From contig JAMWBK010000003.1 in NCBI GenBank assembly GCA_029953675.1, positions 1,798,001 to 1,862,000 on the forward strand: 64,000 nt of DNA, in the 5' to 3' direction. The notes under the pieces were generated by a model. That model did not search any database, was not told where the DNA came from, and worked only from the letters and a program-made list of their open reading frames with translations. The translations under genes were made by a program, and so were the position numbers. Positions 12,165 through 21,804 of this stretch are shown piece by piece. The stretch comes from Rhodosorus marinus CCMP1338 (Eukaryota; Plantae; Rhodophyta). Each line of letters starts with the position of its first letter. Within the stretch, counting starts at the first letter, position 1.

Positions 12165-13000
12165 ATGGAATCTTTCTCAGAGCGCCGGATGGTCAGAGCG
12201 TTTTGGCCTAATCCTCATTGATCTGCTTAGGACTGTATCTCAGAGGTAGAGGTCGACTATACTGACTGGAGTGATTCCATCCTTGGTAGGATTGGATGAA
12301 ACAGATCGGTTTGCGGGGGGCCGGGACAGTACCCAGGTGTGTGCTATGAGAATTCTCAGCCTTCGAAAAACGGTGAGTCGACATGATGAGGCTGACTCCG
12401 CTATCTCAGAGCGCGAGGTTAGACATACTGACTGAAGTGATGCCATTTCACGGCGTCGTCGCACTGTGTGCTTCCTCGTTTGTTACTCATCTGACCCTAA
12501 TTGTTTGAGCAATCGAGCGAATGAGAAAATCGATCTGCCCGTAGGCATTGTATCTCAGAGCAAGTTGATTCCATCGCCCACGCACCAACTCAACTGCCCC
12601 TGCTACGTAGCTTCTTCCTGTTCAGATCTTTGAGTCTTCGAGCGTTCGACAGAAGCCGGCTGCGCGTTAGCGAAGTATCTCCGACAGGGTAGATTCCACC
12701 TTCACTTGTCGCATCGAAGTCTACCACGTTCGCTTTTAAAACTGATGCTTCGCGCGTTCGATCAGATCGAATGGATCTTTCACGAAACCGCTATCTCAGG
12801 TTCAGTCGAATTCACATCCGGTCGCATCATGTCAACTGCGAACTGCGACCAGCCAGACTTGTTGTTTTTCTGAACTCTCGTGATTGTTTGTGAGTCTTCG
12901 ACGAGAGCGAATCGATTAGCTTTTGAAGCCTGTATCTCGACAAGGGGGAGGTCATTCATAGACAGACTGAATTAATTCCACCCCTCACACATCCAATCAA
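12165..13000 (+). repeat. Diverged six-unit non-coding tandem array (unit about 115-165 bp)
   Basis: TATCTC recurs at 12236, 12402, 12551, 12676, 12792 and 12933. Each copy is preceded by a TTCG(A/C)GCG-like block and followed by GATTCC/GATGCC/GAATTC/AATTCC. Pairs of units also share GTCGCATC, TCAACTGC, TAGCTTC and TGAGTCTTCGA. Confidence 0.75.
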
Positions 13001-13329
13001 CGACCTAGCTTCGTACTTTTCCAACCTCGCTCGACTGTAGAGCACATGTCAAATACGAATCCATCTGCCTCAAGAACACAACCAGAGAGTTCAGGTTGAT
13101 ATCAAAACTAAAAAGTGATTCCATGAATTGCCGCAAGTCCGATTCTATATGTAGTACCCTCGTGGAATTTTCTACTTTTTTATACGAGATCTAAGTCCGT
13201 TAGAGCCTACAATACACCAATAAAGTACAGATGTGAACCACTGTGACGTAAAAGTTTCCTCAGAACATATAAGGTATGTTCTATCCCTATATCTAGAGTT
13301 TTCAGTTCTCGAAGGAAATTGCACTCAAT

Positions 13330-14460
13330 CGATAGATGAGTTCAGTCATATGGATGGTTGGTCTGACCAAAACACTCGGGCTGTCGACACGTTGTCCACC
13401 GATCTGCTCGTCTAAAACCGGACATCAAGAAATACATCTACATTCAGGATGTTAGCACATTCGCGGAAGCGCAGAGCCTTGCCCTGAAGATTGAAGGTGC
13501 GGAGATGGCGAGTGAACCAACTAGACGAGACGTCAAACCTCGCAGAAACCCGCATCAACCACCTTTGCGAGCATGAGTACACGCTCGGGCCGCACCAATC
13601 AGCCAGCAACCCAAGTCTCACAGAACCGCAGGTATACCAACATCATCTGCGACTTCTGTGGGAAGCGAAGCCATACCAAGCGGACACGCTGAGATAAATC
13701 CCGGCAGGGACCCGACAGTTTCCAAGTCGGCCCACCCTCTTACGCAGCAGTGTAATCGAACAGAGCAGCAACGGACGCCGCTGCTGCTGCCGAAACAGGC
13801 GTCCACAGCGGCCCTTTCGAAGGGAATATGACGGTGATGGCTGTGAACGGCAACGATCTTTCCTAGTTGTGGATTCACGATCACCTTGCACAAGATTTCA
13901 ATGGATGTGCCTGCTAAACGTGAATCTATAACTAGGGAAGCTCCTTGCGGTTGATTTTAATGGATGTGCCTAGTGAAGCCGCACCTTCAATCTTCAGCCC
14001 CAAGGCTCTGCGCTTCCGCGAATGTCGTAACATCCTGAATGTAGATGTGTTTCTTTCCTTGATGTCCGGTTTTAGCCCTCCCCTGAAGCAATTCCTCTGT
14101 ATCGGCGATTTCTCCAACCGAACGGTGAGACATCCGTTGATGAACGAGCTGTACGAGAAGGTGCTTCGTTCTTGGGCCCTTGCGAGCCGTTGTTATGCAC
14201 AGATCTTTGAGGCTTTGTTCAAGTCCGTCGAAAGTTTCTGGCCTTTTCTCCTGCGGTAGAAGGGACCACCAATAGGAAGCGTCCAACGATAGGTAGCCTT
14301 CAGCCGGGATCAATTTGTGCTCGTCCTCGTCTGCTTGTCTGCTGCTAGACGAGCCATTTCAATACAGTTCTTTAGGCTGTTCAGGAAGAAACTTATCTGC
14401 AGTTCTCTGGAGTTTTAATGCTGCTTTTTTGTTGGACGTCCTCAGTGTCTTCATTTCGCC
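13330..14460. mobile_element. Rearranged Ty3/gypsy LTR-retrotransposon relic (gag and protease fragments on both strands)
   Basis: Minus strand gag-like LSLDASYWWSLLPQEKRPETFDGLEQSLKDL...FRGGLKPDIK...IYIQDVTTFAEAQSL. Plus strand LKPDIKKYIYIQDVSTFAEAQSLALKIEG, and a frameshifted protease-like VNGND/FLVVDSRS at about 13840-13890. Stops and frameshifts throughout. Confidence 0.75.
13412..14075. repeat. Inverted repeat of about 95 bp (13412-13502 / 13979-14075)
   Basis: CTAAAACCGGACATCAAG...CTACATTCAGGATGTT...CATTCGCGGAAGCGCAGAGCCTTG...CTGAAGATTGAAGGTGCGG occurs on the plus strand and as its reverse complement, with few differences. Confidence 0.92.
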
Positions 14461-15428
14461 CTCCTGAGGGTAGGTCGGGTAGGTCTGCTCTGGCTAAATG
14501 ATGATGATGAAATTGGCCCCCCTCCCCGCTCACTAGAAACTCACTAGAAACTCTACCCAAACAGCCAAGCGTGGTAGGCTGGGTTTTATAGGCAGTTTGC
14601 TACAAAGTTTGGAAACTCTGAAAAGGTCACAATGCGGTGGTATACAAACAGTCAGCACTGATTTTGCACCTTCTTGACTCCACCAGCCGTTCACCACTCC
14701 GCTTACTACCTTCGAACCATGCGCGACTAGATGATACTTCGCTGTTTCTGGTCCAGAAGCTGTTACCCGGTTTCTTCGGAGTTGGAAGATGGCTCTCCGT
14801 ATTCCGCGGTCGCAACACATTGAAGCACGTTTCTCAACGCCGAGAAGCGCATCAGTGACATACAGACCTCGGCAGCCCTGGACAGACGATAGCTCGATTG
14901 AGGGACGAGCCCCCGCTATGAACACGAGTGAAGGATTGCTGCGTGGAGAAGAAACAGCTGGGCAGCCAGGTGATAACCAGGTTAAGAGACGAGCCCTACT
15001 CGCCTAACAGAATAGAAGGATCACGTTGGTGTAGCACGCTATACAGTCCAGGACATCCGGTAGCTCACTCAACAAAAGCGGTAAACTAAACGAAAAGATC
15101 ACCCGGAGGAGAGCAAAAGGGATTGCTAGAAACCGGCCAAAGACCGGTACAATCAAAAGGGAAGAACTATGCTATGGAAAGCAAAACAGTTATTCGACTG
15201 GTTGCCCCTACCTACTATACCAGCCGCGGCTCAGTCTTCCTCAGAGAAAAGATCTGCAGCTCTCTGGCAAATGCTCTGCGGAGGTGTATTGGCATTGCTG
15301 GAAGACGAGGTCCAATCCTTTGGGGAGGTTGAAGAAGGGCATTAAGGTAACACAAGCGGATCGTTTGGCATTTTGATGGATGATCGAGAATATCAGTCAA
15401 TAGAATACTTAAGTAAAACAAGCCACTG

Positions 15429-17065
15429 ATGGGGAAACGTAACAAGAAAGGTGGTAAGGGATAACAAGGACTAGAAAAACTATTGGATTTCAAGGATTGT
15501 TTACCAAAAAGTCGCGTTGACTAACCCCGACGTTGTGGTGTTTCTTCGCTTTTGTTTTCAGGACGAGGAGGAGGAGGAGGTTCTAGTTTACCTGCTGAAG
15601 ATGGAGAAGAAAACAACCAGCAAGATTATGCTCTGAATCATAGTGATTCATCTGCTGAATCTGACTTAGAGGAGCAGCTTGTGGATAAGAGGTTGGACTT
15701 CCTTTGCGAAGGAATTGTTGTCAAAATTTGCTAGATTTTCCGTTTCTCTGACAGTTTCTGCGTTGCCTATTTACCAGAGGCTTCATACGCATGGAGGCTT
15801 TGGAGGAGTTGGAAAAGATCCTTCGTCCATACTCTGAGACTCTACCTTTCCATTCGTAAGTAGCCGAATGAACGCTTTCATGGGAAGAAGCGGACGAGTT
15901 TAGCTCACTGTTGACAAGAAGAATCGCTACTCGAATACAGAGCCACGTCCGTTGCTGAGAAGCTCTGTCGAGTTTCCATAAGGCGTGGAGCTGACGAAGA
16001 ATCTGAAAAGGCGTGTAGACTTTTGGCGATGCTGTTCATCAACGAAGGCGATAATCCTGAGACTTCAGAGTTGTTCCACAAGGTGAAACCTGTTCTGCTC
16101 CAAAAGGGGGCTCCAGGCGCTTTGGAAGCTCTTGGAATGGCTTGTTTTGTTGGAGCAGAGGATGAAACGACGACGCTCAGAACAATGGCTAGCCTTGAGA
16201 GCTTCTTCACGAAAGCTGGACGGGCTGAGGCATTCACCATGGCCGCAGCGATTCGCGCTTGGACGCTGGTTGCCACGACATTGAGTCCGGATGTTCTTTT
16301 AGAGTATGTTCTTGGTGAACGTGGAAGAAGTGCTGGATTGGCAATCCGTCGATACGCAGTTAAAGAGATTCCTAAGGGCGAAGGGCCCCGAGATCTGAAG
16401 CTCGCGGCAACAGGGGCGCTATCCTTAGTCCTGGAGATGACCAGTACCGAGGAGGATTCCGATGAAGAGGAGGAAGACGAAGAAACGGACGGAGGAGATC
16501 TCACATCGTTTTCCAGTATTCAGGAGAGCATGACGGGTAGCTTGATTGACGCCGCGACCTCCCCGAAGATTCTGAGTCTTGCAAGTCTCGAAACAGCGCT
16601 GGATAGAGTCTCCGATGGTCTGTCGTCGGGAAGGAAAAAATTATCGAGCAAGGATAAAGCGTTGCGCAAGAAAATAGCGGCGGAACTCGAGTCAGATGTT
16701 GTGATTGAAATCGGGAACAGAGAGGTATGGAGAGCATTTGGTAATGAAAAGGTCCTCGCTGGCAAGGAGAATTCTTACAAGTTGCTTTGATTTTCTTGAT
16801 TTCCAACTGCAAGGTTGTTGAACTGTACAGACGGGTAGACCTCACTCGACTCAACGCGTTCCGCTCGATTCTAGAATCTGGATCTTCGGATCATTTGGCG
16901 TACAATCCACTTCTTCGAGACGTTTTTGAGCTCGGCGATCCTCCAGCCAGAGACGCCAGCGCGAATCCGAACAGTCGAAGGTACTTTGGGGACGAAAAGA
17001 CCCGTTCACGATCAAGAGCTGAGGGAAGGCAGTACAATAATACGCGAAATGAACTCTGGGACTGA
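15429..17065 (+). CDS. IFRD1: IFRD (interferon-related developmental regulator)-family protein; 5 exons
   Basis: Exons 15429-15453, 15562-15691, 15778-15855, 15941-16724, 16814-17065. MGKRNKKG start, DKRGFIRMEALEEL, SIRRGADEESEKACRLLAMLFI, AIRAWTLVATTL, LAATGALSLVLE, NPLLRDVFELG. Confidence 0.85.
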
Positions 17066-17426
17066 GCGGAGCGGTTGCTCGATGCGTGAGAATCAAATTC
17101 CTATGGAAGGAACCTCCTAGGCTGTGAAAGGGACTAATCGAAGTGGAGCATAGCGACGGTGACGTCATCACCGCTTGTTTGTAGAGTATCTGACACCATC
17201 TGTCTCAGATACGTAGCTTTTGGATAGTTTGGGTTTTCCCTTGTGCATGCTTCTAGTGCTGGTACTAACAACCGGGCACCTTTGCCCATGTCCGGTCAGC
17301 AGGTTAGTCATGATCCGTGCAAAACTTCGGCTATTTATTTTCTTGAACATATACGCGGGTTTGTAAGATAGTTCGGAACATCAGAAAGCCCTAGCCCTGA
17401 GCATTTCAATCGCAATTAACTTCATA

Positions 17427-19328
17427 CTAAGGAAGTTCTCTGTATCCATTAGCACCTTTTCCACCCATAAAGCCCAGTATGCCTCCGAAAATTACACCAA
17501 CAATACCAGCAATAAAATACAGGGACGATTTTTTTCTGACACCCCGGACCTCGCATAGCTTCTGTCTCTCCTCCGCAGTGACCATAATCGGAGAAAGCTT
17601 TTCCAAGAAAGTACTCAACTGGCACATCTTGTCACACCCAGGAAGTTGCTATTTCGTTAAAAGTAAGAAAGGAAACAAGTCAGCATTTGCCCCACTCTTG
17701 CGTTCTGCTATTGCTTACCATAGTTTGACCATTGTACTGGACTCTGACGTAGTGTTCGCCCTTCTGCTCGTGGAGCTCAAAGATAACAGTTGAGTTGTAT
17801 GGAGGGTTAATTGAATCGAAGACGTCCATTCCTGCGAGAAGCGCCCCGACAGTGGTGTCGTGTGCTTCAAAATACCAAGAAAACTACCTCAGCTAAGAAC
17901 AAGAACTCAGGAAAACGCACAAACTCCTCTAGGATGTGCGCGAAATCAGAAAACAATCCATACCTGATAAAAGCAACAATTTGAGGCCCGCCTTGGACGG
18001 CTTCAGCAAGCCAGGATCTTCTTTACCTGCGGCGGTCTTTAGCCGCGCCCCGATCTCGTGTAGAAGATGCCCGCTTCTAAATTTTTTGACATCTTCGCCT
18101 TCGTTTACGTTTCCTGTCAACCAATCGGCGTACGACCGGATCTGCAAGTTAACGTTTAAATGAACAAGCCTCACATTCAGCTTTGAGTCTGTCTACGTCA
18201 TCTGAACGACCAAACTCTCGACTTTTACACAGTACCTGTTTCCGTTCTTCCGCCGTGATGCTCACATCGATCGGTATTCCGTGTGCCTCATCAACAGTAA
18301 ATGTATCGTTGATATCCGACACAGTGTAAAGGTCGCATGCGGACAACCCAGTAACCTTCATGATCTTTTTGCACAATGGACTGACTTCCCGAGTTTTCTC
18401 AAGGAATGGTGCAGAGTTTTCTCTCTCCGCCTGCAATTCTGCGTGTCGGTCGCAATTCTTGCCGGGAATAAGTAGGCTGTCCCAGTCAGCATTCACAGTG
18501 TGAACTGGGACAATTTGCCATCGGGACGGTAAACCGATATCACCACTTTTGATAACCTTGTTTCCAAACGCTTCACCGGTATCGTAAACGCTTGCTGTGC
18601 CTTCCGGGTACAGTCCGCTTAGTTGTGCCATCGCTGACATCAGAGTGCGATCAATATCAGTGCTGCGCACGTGAATCTGATAAACCAACGAGCCCACAGA
18701 ACTGGCTGTTAGTACCACAATTCATGGATTTTTTGCAACTCTAACAAACGGCTACAAAACGGTTGAAACGGATTCGAGCATCTAATGGCATACAGCTCGT
18801 TCCCTCACATCCAAAACAAGGGTATCTGTACATAGTGTAAATGCTTTGGCTAGGCACCAACCTGGGATGCGTTGTATGTTGGGAGGAGGAACCCGGTTTC
18901 CACATATCGCTTGCGCAACAACCTATAAACCAAGAAGTAGACCTTTCATAAGTGGGGTGCACTTCCTCGACGCAATTGGTCCTTTTTTTGTCGTTTACCG
19001 TCCCAGCTCGTAGTGAGCTCGTTCACCCACGGGTGTTAGCTGACCTCGCCCCTGCAGTAGAACACAGCTTTCAGTCAACTTAAGTCCTCTCCAAGAAGAC
19101 CAGATACATCCAGCAGCCCTTATTCAGCTGATTCGGGATTTTAATCACCTGAGGCCAACTCCAGTATGGCAGAACGTCTTTGGGAAACGTAAACAGCGGA
19201 GATCGATCGCCATGTCTGCATACCTCAATAACCAACCTCAACGACTTGGGTCCAATGTCATTCTCAGATACCTTCCTCCCCAAACAGCTGAGGATAAATA
19301 ACTGAACAAAAAACCAGAACAGGTTCAT
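17427..19328 (-). CDS. Histidine acid phosphatase (lysosomal/vacuolar ACP2-like), signal peptide and C-terminal TM; multi-exon
   Basis: Signal peptide MNLFWFFVQLFILSCLG, catalytic RHGDRSP, then GRGQLTPVGERAHYELG, IHVRSTDIDRTLMSA, WQIVPVHTV, PPYNSTVIFELH. C-terminal TM YFIAGIVGVIFGGILGF. Not all exon borders were resolved. Confidence 0.9.
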
Positions 19329-20940
19329 CTTTAACGCAGGAAAACTCGGGTGGGTCCACCCTACGATCCCCTTCCCCCCCAAAAAACTAAAACATCATCC
19401 AGCCTTGTTCTCCTGCACAAAAAAGCAAAAACAGGGACGCTCTCCGCTAACCCAGTAGATTCCAAGCGGAATAAAATCCAACGTGCTCTAAGTTACAAGG
19501 CTTTGGCCCCCCACAGCTCCACCTCCCACCCCCAACCGAAGCCCTTAAGACTATTCAGTTCTTACGTGCGGTTTTTAGCTTGTCAAAAGCCATCGGAGCC
19601 AAACTCTCCATCGATGGTCCAAACCTTTTTCAGTGATTATTTTAGTAGGGCCAAAGGTTCAGCAAATTGAGTGGCCAATGACACTTTCCCATCTGAAACA
19701 AAAAAATTAATTCTATTCATTCAGAGGATGAATCGATTGAATTTACGAATATTTTTTAAGGGGAGAATTTTTAATATATGATATTTCTTCTACGAAAAAT
19801 GAATGGATGGAATCGATACTCATTCGCTGCGATCTTTCTGGGACGATGGAGGGGGTGGATGGGGTTGTGGAGGTGAGGGGAAGAGGTACGTTCAGCCGCT
19901 GATGAGGAGGCTATTGCTATGGTACAAGGAGCAGCGATGTTATGAGTTCCTGGGGTAAAGATCGCCTTGGATGAATCTTCAGCGTTGCCGTACTCGCAGC
20001 GCTGGTGCTAGGTTGGAAACTAGCACTAGCGCAAAGACCAGTTGGAAACTCGTAATTTGCCAGCGTGACAAGCTCAACGTGATCACCCGCGTGCCCGATC
20101 TAAACCGCTGCAGGTCATCTGGTACAGATCCACTCTTTAAGAACCTTACCTGATGAAGATTCATTGCTGCCTTAAAATGCCACTAAAACCTTCATCTCAC
20201 AACAGTTCACCAGCTCCGAAATTTCTTGGCATGCTATCAACAAGCCGAAACAAGCACTCTGGATCGACTTAAGCACTGAAACCCACCCCTCCTACCAAAA
20301 AAGCAATAAAAAAGGAAAATCTAGGGTCTCAAGTACCAATAATGAAATCTTACCTTAAGCAAGCTAAAAAAACTTAAAGAACAACTCAAAACTGTTCCTG
20401 ACATCAGCATTCAAGAAATTAGCTCTAGATTTAAGAACAAATAATTCTAGAGTTTACTGATTGCATATTCAATCCATAGTTGATAATGATTGAATCTAGG
20501 CTCGTTGGTGGAGATTAGCTAAAATGCACGATTTGATGCTCTGAGCTAATATTTGTTTACTGGCGATCGGTTTCGGGATGGTTTTTTGAAGGGGAGGACG
20601 CATCGGTGGTGGAGGGGGTTGAGGCGGTAGGTTAGGGAGGTTGATGGTGGATATGTTGGACGGAGCACAAACTAGTTTTAGAATAGGGGGTGATTGAAGA
20701 GAAATATCTAGAGCCTTTGGGTTGTTGCGGTTGTTTGGGGAATGCGAGAAGCCGGACGGTGATGGAGTTGTGAGTGTGTTCCGGTGTCTCCTGTGGTGCT
20801 TAAATTTTCTTGTCCCGACCTTAGTCTCGTTTTTGAGCTTATAGTTTTCGTTGTGTTTCTTGGGTTGCTTGGGAAGGCTGGATAGTCTTGGTCCGTCTGA
20901 CGCAAGTTGTAGATGAAGGATATTATCGTTTGAATAGAAG

Positions 20941-21491
20941 ATGTTTGCAAGGGTGTGGTTGAGGAGGGGAGTATCGTTTTGGAAAACTTCCGCGGCATTT
21001 CGAAAATCTAGACCGGTTCTAGTCACTGGAGGGATAAGATGGTCGTCCCAGGAAGTACCCCCGGCTACAGGCTTTTTTGCTGATGAAAGAGAAGTCTTCA
21101 GGCAACCAGCGCCGCCCATTCCGGGAACCCCCGAATCGCTGGCAGAGATCCCTACGCTTCCAAGGGAAGAAATTGTTCAAAGAGTCATTAAAGTCCTCGA
21201 AGAATTTCCCAAGGTACGTGGTAGCAGCTATCTTCTGTTGCGCTGAACGACCGTACTCACAGGTGATGGTCCCCACCTCTCCTCCAGATCGACAAGTCCA
21301 AAATTGACGAAAACGCAAATTTCGAGAAAGATCTGGGACTGGACAGCTTGGACTCTGTGGAACTAGTTGTGGCTTTGGAGGTAGAGTTTGAAGTTGACAT
21401 CCCCGACGCGCATGTGACCCAAATCTACTCCTTTTTGAGCGCCGTGGACTACATTCAAGGACTGAAGATAAGAAACATATTGCTCACTTGA
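20941..21491 (+). CDS. Mitochondrial acyl carrier protein (NDUFAB1-like), exons 20941-21213 and 21288-21491
   Basis: Arg-rich presequence, then IVQRVIKVLEEFPK-IDKSKIDENANFEKDLGLDSLDSVELVVALEVEFEVDIPD with the phosphopantetheine DSL motif. Confidence 0.92.
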
Positions 21492-21804
21492 TATTGTATT
21501 GTAATCATTATGAAACTATCCAAGGCGCGGCTTTGGGCGACGGTGTTAAGGTACCGTCTTCTTTGGCGGTGCCGGATAAACTTTTTGGATATGAGCGCAG
21601 AGCTGGATTTTAGAAAGAAGGTCTTCGTGGTCATGGTTGGTGAACCCGTATTATGTGCTTCACCGACAAGAGGCTACAGTGATTGTATCTTTTGAAGTAT
21701 GTCTTCAATACTTGAAAAAACAGTTCAGTTACAAGTAAGCCCACGTACAGCCCCTTTCCTATATGCAAGTCCGAAGCATCGAACGTTCCGTCTATAAACA
21801 ATAT

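Noticed and set aside
12383-12437. C/D box snoRNA (ATGATGA ... CTGA)
   Set aside because: Only about 50 nt separate the boxes, there is no terminal stem, and the C box is not kept in the other units.
12560-12815. tRNA or SINE-like units (GTTCGA, GTTGATTCC)
   Set aside because: No cloverleaf, A box or anticodon stem could be built.
12230-12940. TPP riboswitch (CTGAGA on the minus strand)
   Set aside because: The ATACC / GAACCTGAT / AATGC..GCG elements of the TPP aptamer are absent.
12165-13000. CRISPR array reading of the periodic motifs
   Set aside because: There are no near-identical repeats, spacing is irregular (116-166 nt), the context is eukaryotic and no cas genes are present.
14531-14552. 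11-bp tandem duplication CACTAGAAACT
   Set aside because: Too short to interpret and adjacent to a decayed TE.
14950-15200. LTR/PBS of the gypsy relic (TGATAACCA near 14971)
   Set aside because: No matching second LTR or TSD was found near 13.1-13.3 kb, and there is no clear tRNA complement.
20496-21119. 207-aa minus-strand ORF overlapping the ACP 5' end
   Set aside because: Its Pro/Asn/Lys-rich composition is the complement of the G/T-rich ACP leader, and it is antisense to a verified gene.
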